From NCBI GenBank assembly GCA_013239625.1, contig MU054323.1, positions 4,949,220-5,013,219 of the forward strand: a DNA stretch of 64,000 nucleotides, read 5' to 3'. The notes beneath the pieces are model-generated. The model had not been told where the DNA came from. It saw nothing but the letters and a program-made list of their open reading frames with translations, and did no database searches. The position numbers were made by a program, and so were the translations under genes. Positions 25,591 to 38,950 of the stretch are shown piece after piece (the stretch's first letter is position 1; each line of letters opens with the position of its first letter). Source of the stretch: Lama guanicoe (taxonomy: Eukaryota).

Positions 25591-26619
25591 TTCACCTGCC
25601 ATTCCCACGTAGCGTGGCTTTCTCTTCTGAGGCCATCTTCCTTTCCTGAAAGAGCACCTAGGCATCCTGTCTGGGGGGATTTGGGGCGATGCTAACGTGC
25701 CTGTCGTTCTTGTAAGTCTCCATTACCCTATTAGACTTATCTTTGCTCTGCGTTGTTCTCACTTCCTCTCTCTCACACCTTTCAAAATCTGAGTCTGAGT
25801 CTGTGAGCAGCTTGGCACCATCCTAGGGACCCTGAGGAATGCCCGCTAGTGTTGCTCCTCAGAAGCCGTCACCACCGTGAACTCAGAATTCGTTTTTTAG
25901 CTATCCCCTGCAAGACTGAATCGCCTCTCCACTTGCACACTCCCATTATGAAATGCTGTGTAGTTTTGCTCTTGGGCTTCAACCAATCTAGATTCCTAAA
26001 GTCCAGTTCCTCTTGCCCCGCCTATGATACATTTGGGACGTGACAGTCTTTTTCTTCCAAGGCACTTTGGTTGGTTTTCAGTACATAAGTTGTTTCTTCC
26101 TGGTTAGAGGTAGATCTTTGTTTAAGATTCCCCTTTTAGGAGATTAACTTTTCAGTCAAGCAAACCTACAATTTGTTAAGATGCTCTGCCTTTAGCTGAA
26201 GGAAACTTCCAGCACATATCCGGTAACTTGAAATCCCTATGATTGCATTCTGCCTCTATCACACACCTGAGACCCAAACTGAAACACATGATTTCCTCCA
26301 CGGAGCTGAGTGGCTAGGAGTATACACACATGTAAGTAAAAATTTATTTAGCGCCTACTGTGTGCCAAGCACAGGATTTTCAAAGTGATACGGCTTCTTT
26401 TCCTCCTGTCACCTCAATTTTTATGACGTATTTCAAATAAATCTTTCAAAATATGAAGGCTTGGGTATTTGCAAGGATAAATAAATCAATACAATATATT
26501 AAAATATTCTACTCCAGCTCAATTCAAAACCAAAAAGAATTTTTTAAATGTTGATCCTGTGGACAATGCAGTTTTAATGTTACAGAGGTTGTAAAGAATA
26601 ATATTTTAAAGTAGCTCCC

Positions 26620-26810
26620 ATACATTAATGTTGATTATGCTCCAGTCATACATATTATGATACTTAATCCCCACAGCAACCTTATGATATATTTTGATCT
26701 TTTTTTAACCCATGAGCAAACTGGGATTAAAAGAAAAAATTTAAATATATTTGCTGATGTCACACAGCTGGTAATTGGTGAACTTGGATTTACAATTCAA
26801 ATTTGTCAGG
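26620..26810 (-). mobile_element. MIR SINE
   Basis: 'cttaatccccacagcaaccttatga...tgagcaaactggga...tgtcacacagctggtaa'. Confidence 0.65.
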
Positions 26811-28099
26811 CCCTACGATGCCCTTGGGGAGTTTAGTGTGGTTTTGGGGAATCAAGACACTTGCAGAGAACTCAATGAGAAAATACTAAAAACAAACAAA
26901 ACAGTAATAAAAACGCTCCCTTTAGGAAGGACGTTCACTCCTCCATCCCTCCTGTTCCTTCTGAGGTTCCTGATCTTACATGTTTGGGGTTCAACCTCAG
27001 CTCCTCGACCTCCACTAAATAGTCAGACTCTTTCACTGATTCGCATCACTCAGAATATATACTCATATTGAAGATCACTTTATACCCATAATTTCGAACA
27101 TATAAAATGAAACTCCTTGGCCAGGAAGGACAGCTTGGCCTGATAGTTTTCAGAAATCAAATTCCTACCACTGCCATCTTTGAGACAAACTTGCAAACTT
27201 ACTGGCTCCTCTAGGTGAGTTTGTGTGCGTGAGGGTAAGAGTGATCTAACCCAGAGAGCAGATAATGATAGTGCACAGGTAGGTGATGAAGTGTAAAGCT
27301 TGGCTAAGAACGGACTGAACCCCAAATGGACTGCTGCCCTTGAGGCTCTTTTGGTCTTCCTCTGTCCAAGGGGGTCAGAAGTTTGAAGCACGTGAGTTAA
27401 ATGACTAAGAGATTGACATTCTGTCAAATAGGCAAACCAGAGGGTTTTACGAAAAACACTGTATTTGGGTGAAATTCTGATGAAACATATAGAAAATCTG
27501 CTGTTACAGAAGTACAGAGTCAGACCACTGAAACTCTAACTCCCATGAATTAGTGGTTATTACATGCAGAGGAAAACACAAACTTTGTTAATACTTTTCC
27601 CATCCACTGTGAAATACCGAAACTCAGCTGTGATGTAGCATTTAACTGCACATCGAATCAAGAGTCCAGTAATAGAAATTGCCTTTTTGCAGTAGAAAAC
27701 AGGGTTAGAAGCAAACCAAAATAACACATAAAACAGATCTCCATGGAGAAAATTGAAGACTGTTTCTAGCATGGAAAGATCGAGGATGCAATCCCGTTCT
27801 GTGAAAAGCTTTTTTCCTGGGGTTTTAAATTTTCCTCTTGATTATGTGTAGAATCAAGGGGTGTCTATGTGATTGCGCCCATGCCTGACTCTGAGTAACA
27901 GAAATGGGGCAGACACAGACAGATGGCGGCAGGCTCATTTTTAAGCCCAACCAGCAGGGATAGAAGTCAAGACTCAGGCGGATCGTAAAAATTGGCACCA
28001 GATTTTCATTTCTAAATTTGATATCCTCAATCAGTTAAAACTAAGTTTACTTCACTAGTAAACAATAAATTCAGAACAAAATAGTAATGAGGAGTTTTT

Positions 28100-28570
28100 T
28101 TTAATTTAACTAGCTAACATACAAATTTAAAAAATCACTCATGCTCAGTGTTAGCAATGGTGCAGAAAAATGGATGTTCCCTTACACTGTATCTTGATGT
28201 ATAAATTGGAACAGTCTTTCTAGAAAAGAATTTATTACACGAATAATCATTTGTGGTGGATAAGAATTAGAAACCATCTACTTTTTCAAAGCAGAAGACT
28301 TTCATATCCATTAGACCCCATCAATACAAATTAAATTCTCAATTCATTTTAAGGATAGAGGAACCTGGTCACGATACCATGTGTTAAAAACAAAATGAGA
28401 TACGAATCAAATATCCTATATAATTCTCATAGATTGCTATATAGAGGTTTTTTTCAAAAGACCAGACACACTCCAAAATGTTATCAACTGCAATCTCTCA
28501 GTGTTGGACAGTGGGTAATTTTATTTTTCCCATTATACCACGTTAAAAAATTGTTCTACAATAAGTATTG
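28100..28570 (+). mobile_element. Old L1ME-like 3' fragments
   Basis: 'cagtgttagcaatggtgcagaaaaatgga...tgtataaattggaacagtctttctagaaa' resembles the end of L1 ORF2. Confidence 0.55.
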
Positions 28571-29229
28571 TTTCAGTGAAAGATTGTTTAAAAAAAATAC
28601 ATCTCTCTCTTAAGTGCAAATCCTTTTGTATCTGCTGATACATTTTTCAAAGTATATCCCTATATAATCTTAGAAAGAGAATCCTCCTCCTCACCGAAGA
28701 GAAACACATCTATGTTGCTTTTGTTGAATCTAGGCTCATAATCCCTTTCGTCTACTCTGTGACACAACCAGAGTTAGATGTCAGACGCAGGAGCACAGCC
28801 TGTAAAAAATACAAAAACTAGAGCTCCATCTCTCAACTATTTCAACTCTTTACAAGACGATATGCACAGGAAAATTACTGCCAGGCATTCAAGGGGCACT
28901 CCCCCTGAGCACACTCTTTAAAGAACACGCGTCTACTCATGGATTTGCAAAGGAGAAAACAGAAAAGGATCAAGATACTCAACTTGCATGAAAAGGTGAA
29001 TCCTTCACGACTGTCCAAAGACTCACCCGTGAACATTTTGTTTCCTTCTCAGGTCATGGGAAAGCTTTTCTTCAAGGCTTCTTAGTCCCTTCCTTCTTGA
29101 GTAAAGTAGAAATTAACTAAACTGAGTACAAATGCTGGTAGAAGTACTAGAAGAGTTCAGTTGAATTCCTTTCTTTTGGGGGAAAATAAATTGTGAATCT
29201 TTCTCTCTCTTCCCTCCCCACAACCCCTG

Positions 29230-29390
29230 ACAATTCATTTAACCAGCAAAACAACCTTATAAGGTAGGTACTATAGCTTTATTGTACAAAGAAACCTGAG
29301 ATGCAAGAAGATTAATTAATTTGCCCAGGGTCACAGAGCTAATTCTTGGTACAGTTATGACTCAAACTCAGGCATTTTAGCTTCTAAAAC
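29230..29390 (-). mobile_element. MIR SINE
   Basis: 'caaccttataaggtaggtactat...taatttgcccagggtcacagagctaa...gactcaaactcagg'. Confidence 0.8.
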
Positions 29391-29685
29391 TGCCTAGCTA
29401 GCTAGCTAGCTACGCAGATACGATTGCCCTACTTCTTCCAAACACATGACAATTCATCAGGCCACAACCCAATATGCTTTCTCAAGTTAGCAAAAAACAG
29501 TTTAAATCCTGGAGCAATGATCCTTAAAGTACTTGTAGGCTAATGTTCAGTTTGACCTGTGATAACATGAAAAATGCAAGTTTTTGTACTCCCACCTTAA
29601 TACCACAGAGGTACTGAACCAAAATCTCTGCAACCCATCAACCTAAGGGGTTGAAGCATCTCCATCTGGACCATTTGGATGGTCA

Positions 29686-29699
29686 CCAGCAGATGGAGC
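29686..29699 (+). promoter_or_regulatory. CTCF core motif candidate
   Basis: CCAGCAGATGGAGC closely matches the CTCF core consensus CCASYAGRKGGCGC. Motif match only. Confidence 0.4.
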
Positions 29700-31439
29700 A
29701 AAGCTGTTTGCTGTAGAAGACTTTTGCACTTTTTGACTCAAGGGGATAACCAGGATTCTTGGTTTAAGATTTCATTTAGCAATTGGCTGTTTATCATCAG
29801 ACTCTACTCCCCTAAAGTTCTGAGCACTCTTCAAACACCGACATGCATTACTGCAGGACAATTTAAACACAGCTATGTGTTTTGCTGAATGGATATATGA
29901 ATGGATGGATATAAGTCTTCATATTTATATTTTAAAAATATATGGTATAAATATCTGGAAGATATTAATCAAACCTATTCCTTCTTTTCATAAAAAGAGA
30001 AGAAACACACTTTTATATGTTATTGATACTTTCTTTTTCATTGTTTTCTAAATCAACCAATAAAAATTTTTATGCACACCTGTGGTATTATGGTATAAAT
30101 TAGAAGGTGTAGGTGATCTGGGGTGCCTTCAGCATTGCAATGACCTTGAAGTGAATTCTACCGAATCAGTCATTTCTTCCACCGGTTTATAGTGAAGTTG
30201 AGAGCATTATGTGAAACCTGATTGCAATAACTAGAAATACAAGTTTGCCAACATTTAATTAAGACACCAAAGGATAGTCCTAAGGTGTAGAAAGAGTTCA
30301 TGCCTTATGTTTGATATATATTTGAGCTCTTTGAACCTTGGTCTATCACTTAAAATGCTTTGACCTCATCCTTCACATGATTGGTTTAGATTAAAATGGT
30401 CTAACAGTGCTCATCTATTCTAAGTTTTATGACTGTGCTCTGCTTGAATCCGTTACTACTGCCCATCTTGAGGTTTTTTCTAGTGCAGAAACTTTATTGG
30501 CCAGTGGTTAGATCAACAGACTACAGAGAAAAAAAAGTTTAGAGCTATTGCCAGTCTGAACACTTTACCTCATTTAAGCCCAGTCCTATGGGAATATTTT
30601 CCAATCAGTTAAATACAAATAATATTCAGCCTGTGTACGACTCCTTTCTTTTAGCCAAGACAATGAAGAATGGACTTATTATCTACTTTTCCTTAAAAAA
30701 AAAAAAAAGGCTTTTGGGTGGAAAAAAAAATTCACAACGAACTCACATAAAAACTGTTTGTGGGGCACAATTTTCAAATAAAACTCTTATTATATTGATA
30801 GACATTGAAATTGCTGCTCATTGTGCAGGGACATAAATATCCATTCTGCCCCAAACAAATTTAGCAAAATCAAAATATATAACACTAAGAACATTTCAGC
30901 TTTTCTCTAACACATGGAGCCAGCCATATATGCCAACCCGATTCTCTCGCCTCTCCTCATTAAGCTTGAAAGCATATTTTGTGTTGCTTTTAGCAGCGCC
31001 TAAAATTTCTTTGTCTCTCAGCACAGCACCATAAAAGTTCCCACCTGACAGATCATAAATCGTTCTCACAGAGCAGTCTGTCCCCTGGCGCACGCTGGCT
31101 ACATCCTATTCTCCAGACACATTACTAACAGCAGTTAGGCACTTTTGCACAAAACTTAGTTTCAGAATCTGGAAAATACTTGACCCTGTCTTACCATTTC
31201 AGAGCAGAGAATGGTCTACTTGAGACAAAACATTTATTTTCACTGAGAGTGAAAGGAGAGTGTTTTCTCTGTGATGATACACATTTCAAACGAAAAGTGG
31301 GTGAGATCTGAGGTCCGGGAAATCTGACCACACAAATACACCCTGGATATTTAGGACTGTCTCGTATATACTATGGGATGCACGGTGGTGATTTCTTCAA
31401 CCTTGTCTCTAGAGGATATTTAAGGACAGGTAATTGGTA

Positions 31440-31960
31440 CGCCATTCTGTTATTTGTTCCTTCATTCTCCAGGCTCTTATGGAGAATCTACTTGATTCTA
31501 CAAACTTTGCCAAGTGATACAATCTGAGAGATAGGGAAGACATGGTTCCTACCCACAGTTGCACAGAGATTTGCAGCTCTGTGGGCATTTGCAGGAACGT
31601 GTAAGAGATGTATTATTAAGGCAGGAGAAACTTACTCTTTGGGAGAGAAAGAGGAGTCCGGGAAGCTTTTGTGGAGGAATTGAAGTGTGAGGAGAATTTT
31701 GAGATCTGAATGGGAGTTTCTCAGGTGGTTATTCGGTAACAGGTAGATAATTTTGAGAGTATAATGCATTTAGAGAAGAGTAAGTACCTCAGAATGAGTG
31801 GAAGCCACGTAGTGTGTGGTGAAGAGGGCATGAGACGGGAGGATGCATTAAGTCAAACCCCAAAGGATCCTGAATGTTAGTGTAAAGAGATACAGGCCTT
31901 TTCTTTCCTATGGAGAGCCAGTCAAAGGTATGCCTTAGGAAAGTTAAATGATCAGATATT
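31440..31960 (-). mobile_element. L2 fragment
   Basis: Degenerate tail 'tttgttccttcatt', plus 'agacatggttcctaccc', 'ggaagcttttgtggagga' and 'atggagagccagtcaaagg'. Confidence 0.55.
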
Positions 31961-32005
31961 CTTATTTAAGTGATAATAAAAAAATAACTACAAAAGTCAG
32001 TATGA

Positions 32006-32558
32006 TATGACAGGTTGCAAAAATGGCCACAAATTCTCACTATCCCTATGTATGTATCCCTCTGCAAAGTGACTCTGAAGCATCTCCCATCAAGAGGCGG
32101 AGTGAGTGCCTCTAATCACTGAGTCTTTGCTCGGTGTGCGGCATCCTTTGGTTGATGGGACAGGAGCAAACATATGCAGTGAGAGGCTTGGAAAGGGCTT
32201 TCACAGGGAGGCTTGCTCTCTCCTGCTGCTCTTGAAAACCTCAAAGTGCATGCAGAGAAGCCTGGGCTGCCCTCCTGAATGACGAGGGGCATATTTCCCA
32301 GTCATCCCATTGCCCTGTCATCCTGCTAATAGCCACATATGTGAGGCCATCCCAGACCATCCAGCCACCAGCCAATCCATGATGTGAGTTAGTGACTTGA
32401 CAACTGACTGTAGAAGCATGAACAAGCCCCAGAACTACCAGCCACGCTGTCCCAGACCAGAAACTCCAAGCAATAAACCCAAGTAATTGGGAGCTAAATA
32501 AATGTTTTAATCCACTGAGTTTTAAGGCAGTTTTTAACGGAATAAAGCTAACAAATAC
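32006..32558 (+). mobile_element. MLT1G/H-like MaLR solo LTR
   Basis: 'ttgcaaaaatggccacaaattc...ctcccatcaagaggcggagt' at the start and 'tgttttaatccactgagttttaaggcagtt...aaataca' at the end. Confidence 0.82.
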
Positions 32559-34959
32559 AACAAAAACATTTCTTAGAGATGTAAAATTGCAGTAACTATT
32601 CCAAAAGTTTCACATGCGTTACCTCATTTAATTATATAATATGTTATCATTTATGTCTTCTTTTCATGAATGAGAAAAATGACCTGTAGCCATTGTTTTT
32701 GACCACTGAGTAAACTGATCTAAGGGAAAGTAAAATAACACAAAGAAAACCAACAAAACACAGACTGAAAAGAGCAATTTCTTGATTAGTGATGGTGATG
32801 ATTGGTCTTATGGAAATTCTATTTACCTCCAGGGATTTTATGAGACTATTAAGACAAACTTTCTGATACATATCACCTTTAAAAATTAGCGTGTACGTGG
32901 TTTGTAAACCTAACTTTTGATTAGACTCAGCCAGGAACATAAATGAACGGAATAGAGATATGCTGCATGTAAGAAGAAAACAATGTATATCATGTGCTCC
33001 ATCTAAAGTGGGCAACCTTCATCTAATTGTCATGCAAAATGTGAACCCAGTATCCCCAACACTTCTAAAATGTCTAAGTTTTTTTTAAAGCAGAAATTTT
33101 GGATTTAATGTGAAATACTCTAGTATTTAAATAATTATAACTAAATTATAGCAACATAAAACAAATCTGTCTCACAAACACGAAAAAACTTTCCTGCTGG
33201 CATTTGACTGGTGGACACCCAGTTTATGATCTGGAACCAATAGTGTTGGTGGTGGGTTTGGTGGGGTTGGCTCATTGATTTTTAGGCTACTTAAGTCTAT
33301 CAATGTACTTCTAAGTTCAGTGTAGACTGGTTGATCACAGAGAGAGTTTACCTGGAGACCTGAATCAATTGTTTGTTTGTTTGTTTATTAATGCCAGAAA
33401 AATGCCCACCAGTTAGGAACTATCCTGACACTAGACATCATGAAAATTTAGCATCTATGGTTTCTAAGGTGTGCCTTCGAAGGTTTAGCATAGTAAGTAA
33501 GCCTTTCCTAGCTGTAAGCCAGGAAACATCTGGGTACCTTCATCCTTAAGAAATCTTGACTTATTTCAACAAGACCCCTCCCCTCTAAAGTACTGCTCCT
33601 TTGCAGATCAGTTATCTCCCTCATTTACCTCTGGAAGCATGTCCAGTTGTTCCTGGTTTTCAGTCATTTGGTCCTATCCATATTTTTCTTAAAAAACTGC
33701 CATGTTGTTTTCTTGGGGCCCAGCCTATCTCTCTCACTGGTTCTAAGAGCTCTGACTTGTCTGTGTCACTGAGAGAATTCAGGAGCTTTGCTGTCATTCT
33801 CCATCTCTGCAGGGGCATGGAGGGTGGTGGTGGGGAGTCTAGCTGAACCCAAGCTCTGGTGAGATACCCTGAAGTTCACATAATGGTCCGTTTTGAGAAA
33901 AGGCCAAACTGTCATGGTAAGGACCACTCAAATGGGGAGAGGACCCCTGATTTGGCAAACTTCACTCCCTTCAACTTTCCAACAAATCTTATTCCCTCTT
34001 AGCTGTCAGGCCATCTGCCCTGTGCAGGTGACAGTGGCAAATGGGCTGGAATTTCAATGTCTTCATTGTATTGATTTCCACTTATTTTGATCTTTACAGT
34101 CTTTTCTCTTTGCCAGTGAAAGTTTTTAACGAAGGGAAATGCTATTCAGAGATGGCTTCTTCCTAAGTTGTAGCACTTAAAAAAACACAAGTAAGTAATA
34201 AGACAAGTGACAGAGAAGGGTCAAAAGACGAGTGATCAAGGGTAAGTTGTGAGAAAGCACATCAAGGCAGGGTCAGGGAGAAAAGCAGGGCTTGATATCC
34301 AGGTCCGTGTTTTTCCTCTCAGGTCTGTCTCAGGCTCTGAGAACGACTGTACCCTTAGACAAGAGAATTTGGCTCTGCAGAATATCAGCTAATGGGCTCA
34401 GAAAACTTACGATCAATCAGTGATATCCTGATCCCACTCTGATCTAGGCAACAGTACTAGAATCATGGCTTGTTCCTTTAACACCTCTTCTAATAACTGG
34501 TCCTGCTTCAGTCACCTGTCAATAGCCCTGCTCCTTCGGACATGAGGTCACAGCTTTTTTATTTCAGGTTCTTTCGCGGTCTGAAGATGCTTAAAAACCA
34601 GCTAAGTTTTTGGAGCCTATGACCTGTTGAGAACTTTTTCAGATGTTTCATTGTTTCCTAAAAGTCCTCATCCCTCTGTGACTAGCTTTCTTTTTATTTG
34701 AATCCTCATCCATAAACTCTCATTAGATCTGCTCTGTGCTAGGTGACTTTGAATAGCATTTCAAGAGGCTGGGGGCCCCTCTGTTTATCGTTTGGATGTG
34801 CCCCACTTGGGTGCAGGGCAAGCCAGCAGACACAACACCTCCGTCCATTTCTGTTTTGGTTTAGCATTCTTGGTCTGTTGCTACGTCAGTATGATGTGTC
34901 TAAGCGTGGTTTCTTTTCAGTTATTCTTTTCGGGTCGAATGCACTAGATCACATTAGGT

Positions 34960-35870
34960 CAAAGGTTATCTGTAACACCTAAAAAGATAGATAACTTACA
35001 AATATTCTATTTTTAAAGACATAAAAGAGCTGTGAAAGTAGTGAAGACCGGAGGAATTAAAATTCCAGAGAAAGGCTGGGAATTTTGGTGAATTAACATT
35101 CGCTGGCCTTTTGTCTCTCCTGAAGGCATTTGTCCATTATAGACACGGGCCAATGATCAGACTTGGTCAGGACAGAGAGATTCTGTTCAAGGAAAGAGAA
35201 AACTGTGGGGGTGTTGAAATTTGCTATAGGCTGGTGAAACAGACTGGAATGTAATGGAGGCCCCCCACCTTCCCCAAAACGCCACGTGCTTCCTCACAGA
35301 GCATTTGCCGAATTCTGAGTGGCAGAGAAGTATGGAGGGTTAGACCAGAAACTTCTAAAAGGCAACAAGAACTCCCTTGTGATTGCATAGTATTTTGAAA
35401 ATAAAGTCCAACCAGAAGGACTCAAACTATGACTAGTCTCTCCTGAAGACTTTGAGTAGGAAATTAAAGAGTTAAGATTAAAAGTAGAGAGCAGAAGTGA
35501 CTCTCAGTCTTCCAGGGCTAAATCAAAACCCCAGGGATGCCACATTTTAGAAACAGAAATGAATCCAAGGTGGACAGCCTTGCTAATACTGAAGCCCGTG
35601 ACAGAACATTCTAATCCTTGGTTGTCATGATTGGTTAGTTGCTCACACTCTGCCTAACAGAGGGCAGAGTGAACACTCTCCAGGGTGGGGGGGAGTAGCG
35701 TTATGTACAGTCTCTGTGGTTCTTTGTACCATAAAAACCCATGAGACATAAAGAGGTGATGAAATGTATCTGAAAATCAAGATAGAAGACAGCTACTAGA
35801 AGCAGACTTGCAGATATCCTAACTATTGGTTTCAGCAGACAGACAAGGACGTGGAAATGACTACTTTACA
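34960..35870 (+). mobile_element. Probable old L1 5' UTR/ORF1-start fragment
   Basis: The 3' part 'catgagacataaagag...aatcaaga...gaagcagacttgcagatatcctaactattgg...cagacaaggac' resembles an L1M ORF1 start. Weak overall. Confidence 0.45.
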
Positions 35871-36489
35871 CGATGTTTATCTTCTTAGGGTTGATTGAGC
35901 CTCTTTGTAGCTCTCGTATTTTTGGAATTTTTCTCAGCCGTTACCATGGTGAGCAGTACCCCTGGTCCTCTGTTGCCTCTGGAACTCTGGTGAGATATAA
36001 CATGTTATTGTCTACCCACTCTATCTAGCAAATTTTTAATTTATTTTTTTCTGTCTCTTTCCCACCAGAATACATACTTCTTGTAGGATATGGATTTTGA
36101 ATGTTTTGTTTATTGCTGTATCTCTAGGCCACCGAAAAGTTATTTAATCTAATAAGTTCTATTCTATCAGAACATTCTGATTGAAGGAAACTAATGCCTC
36201 TGAAAAATACAAGAAATAAATATCTGTACAGAAGTCTGAATGATATATACAACAAACTCAGTTATATGCATCAAATTATGAAATAAAAGCCATTATAATA
36301 GTGAAAGATTATAAATGTATCTATCAAAGTAGGAAGAACTAAAATAATAGTCAATATTTATTGAGTGTTTACTTTGTACTTTTATCCTACCTCTCCATAT
36401 ACTAGTCTATATTGCTTCAACTATATTATTACTTAACATAATCTTGGGATTTCTATTTAAAGCAAAAATATAAAATAAAATAAAATAAT

Positions 36490-36890
36490 AAAATCAGATT
36501 TATTTGTATATATTATACCTTTCTACTCAGAAAATTTGAACTATCAGCTGAAAATCCATTAAAATTAATAAGAGAGTTAGATAAAGCAGCTGAATGGAAA
36601 ATTAATTAGAAATTATTTTCCACATACTAGCAATACCTTTTTAGAAAGTACATCGGAAAACTTATTCATATTAATAAATTCAAATAATATGTTGATCTAA
36701 TTTTAAGAAAACTTACGAAAACCATGCATAAAAGAAAAGAAAACTTTCCTGAGACATGAAAAAAAAATAAAAAGAAGCAAATGGAGAACTATTACACCCC
36801 TAGTTAAGAAGGCTGGGTGTTATAAAAATAACATTCATTTTCAAAATTATTTATGGAAGTGAATCCAAATGCTAATGCTCCGGAAACTGA
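36490..36890 (+). mobile_element. Old L1 ORF2 fragment
   Basis: 'taataagagagttagataaagcagctgaatggaaaattaa...catatactagcaata...aaatggaga' matches the L1 ORF2 region after the RT domain. Confidence 0.65.
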
Positions 36891-37382
36891 TTTAGAGTGA
36901 GTTAATATAGATCACACACACACACACACACACAAATGCATACACACAGATGCACACACTTCATAACAGAGAAGTCTGAGAAATTCTTACTCTCTTCCTT
37001 TATTAGACAATCATATGAAATTCAACTGTTGGTTGTCAGATATTTTTCCATAAGTAAACCTGCAGTAAATATAGTTTTGCTTAACCAAGACTTATTTGAA
37101 TATATATCTTTATATATAATACAGTACCACTGTATTAACCTATGGCATAGCATTGTGCAGAATAACATTTTGAAAAAGTGCTAATTAATAGCCTTTTTCT
37201 ACTTTTAGGCAAGATTTCAGTAGCAATTTGATATCAATCTTAAAGTGATTCTAATGTTCCTTTAAATAAATAGCCTACGGTCACTGGTATAAAGTATTTT
37301 ATAAAGGTATTATCATGAGCAACTTCTCCTTCCACATATTAAAACATAGTACAAATTAGTAATAAATAAAAGATCATTTTAG

Positions 37383-37518
37383 GCTCACAGCGAAAGAGAA
37401 TGTGACAATGAATGTATGTACGTTCATGTATAACTGAAAAATTGTGCTCGACACTGGAATTTGGCACAACATAGTAAAATGACTATAACTCAATAAATGC
37501 TTACATTATCTTATAAAA
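37383..37518 (+). mobile_element. Severely 5'-truncated young L1 3' end
   Basis: L1 3' UTR 'atgtataactgaaaaattgtgc...tgactataactcaataaa'. Perfect 15-bp TSD aaaagatcattttag at 37368-37382 and 37519-37533. Confidence 0.85.
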
Positions 37519-38234
37519 AAAAGATCATTTTAGAATTAGAAGAAAAGATGTATTATTAAATGGTGCAGGACAGTCCAGAAATCCCCATGCATTAATCTAT
37601 CCATTAATAAATGTTTACTGAAGAATTATTGAGCCAGCATAGAGCATTTCTTAGTATGCTTTCACTTATCTAAGAACTGTATATCCACAAAGGAGAAATC
37701 ATAAATCACTGGGAAAAAGAAATATAATTTATTAAATCATGTTAGAAATTGTTCACTTATTTGGGGAAACCATCAAACTTTATATAAAATCTCATATTAT
37801 AAATCAACAAAAAGTCCTTATTATTATGGATTAGAAGTGCCACCTTTTGTTTGACTTTCATAATTCATGCTGTTCCTTTCACTGCAAGGGCAAAAAAAAT
37901 TGGAGCAAAGTATCATAGGCATGCCCTGCTCTCCAGAACTGTCCCTGCAAAGATGAACCCACGGTTGCCTGAAAGCTGAAAGCAGCTCTTCGAAGAGGCA
38001 TTGTCTAGAATTCTTAGAACTATAATGAACAAAATGGCCTTCTCACTGGAATGTACTAGAGGCTCCATTTGTCCTCATTCCTGTTCTAATGATGGCAGCC
38101 ACATAGCCTAGCGTGTGTTCCCCGGAATGGACTTTCTTTACTTGATGAGGAACTTGAACCCTGTGCACACATTTTTGAGGTGAGGCAGCAGAGGGCTATA
38201 CCTGGGGATGCGCATATCAGAACAAAGCTTTAAT

Positions 38235-38950
38235 AAACAAACAAGAAGACAAGAAGTCCTGAGGATCTAGAGAATTTGGAACCTTTGCACACTGTCAGTA
38301 AGGATGCAAAATGACGCAGCCACTATGGAAAACAGCATGGAGGTTCCTCAAAAAGTTAAAATGGAACTACCATATGACCTAACAATCCCACTCCTGGGTA
38401 TTTATTCAAAAGAACTGAAATCAGGATTTCAAAGAGATTAGCATTCCTAGGTCCGTAGCAGCATTATTCATAATAGCCAAGATACGGAAATGACTATGAA
38501 AATAACCTAAATACCCATCAACACATGAAGGAATAAAGAAATAAAGAAAGATGGTATATACATGCAAAGGAATACTATTCAGCCTTTAAGAAGAAGGAAA
38601 CCTTGCCTTATAAAACAATATGGATAAACTTATGAGGATATTATGCCAAGTGAAATAAGCCAGTCACAGAAAAATACAGCCTCATTTTGCTCATTTGAAG
38701 TATTCAAAATAGTAACATTCACAGAATCAAAGAATGGAACGCTGATTGGCCAGGGTCTGGAGGGGGAGGGAAGTTACTAGTGAACAGGCACAAATTTTCA
38801 GTTAACAAGGTGAATCAGCTCCAGAGATCTGCTGTCCAAGGCTGGAACTACAGTCCACAGTAATACACTGTATACTCACAAATTTGTTACGAGGGTAGAT
38901 TTCAGGTTAACGGTTCTTACCACAGTAAAATGAGATTTAAAAGAAAACAA
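38235..38950 (+). mobile_element. L1MA/L1MB-like 3' end
   Basis: 'gcagccactatggaaaacagcatggaggttcctcaaaaagttaaaatggaactaccatatgacc' and 3' UTR 'gagggtagatttcaggttaacggttcttaccaca'. Confidence 0.9.

Noticed and set aside
28990..29110. First coding exon on the minus strand (ATGTTCACGG|gtgagt) or an internal exon on the plus strand
   Set aside because: Splice-like signals are present, but there is no recognisable protein and no partner exons I can link.
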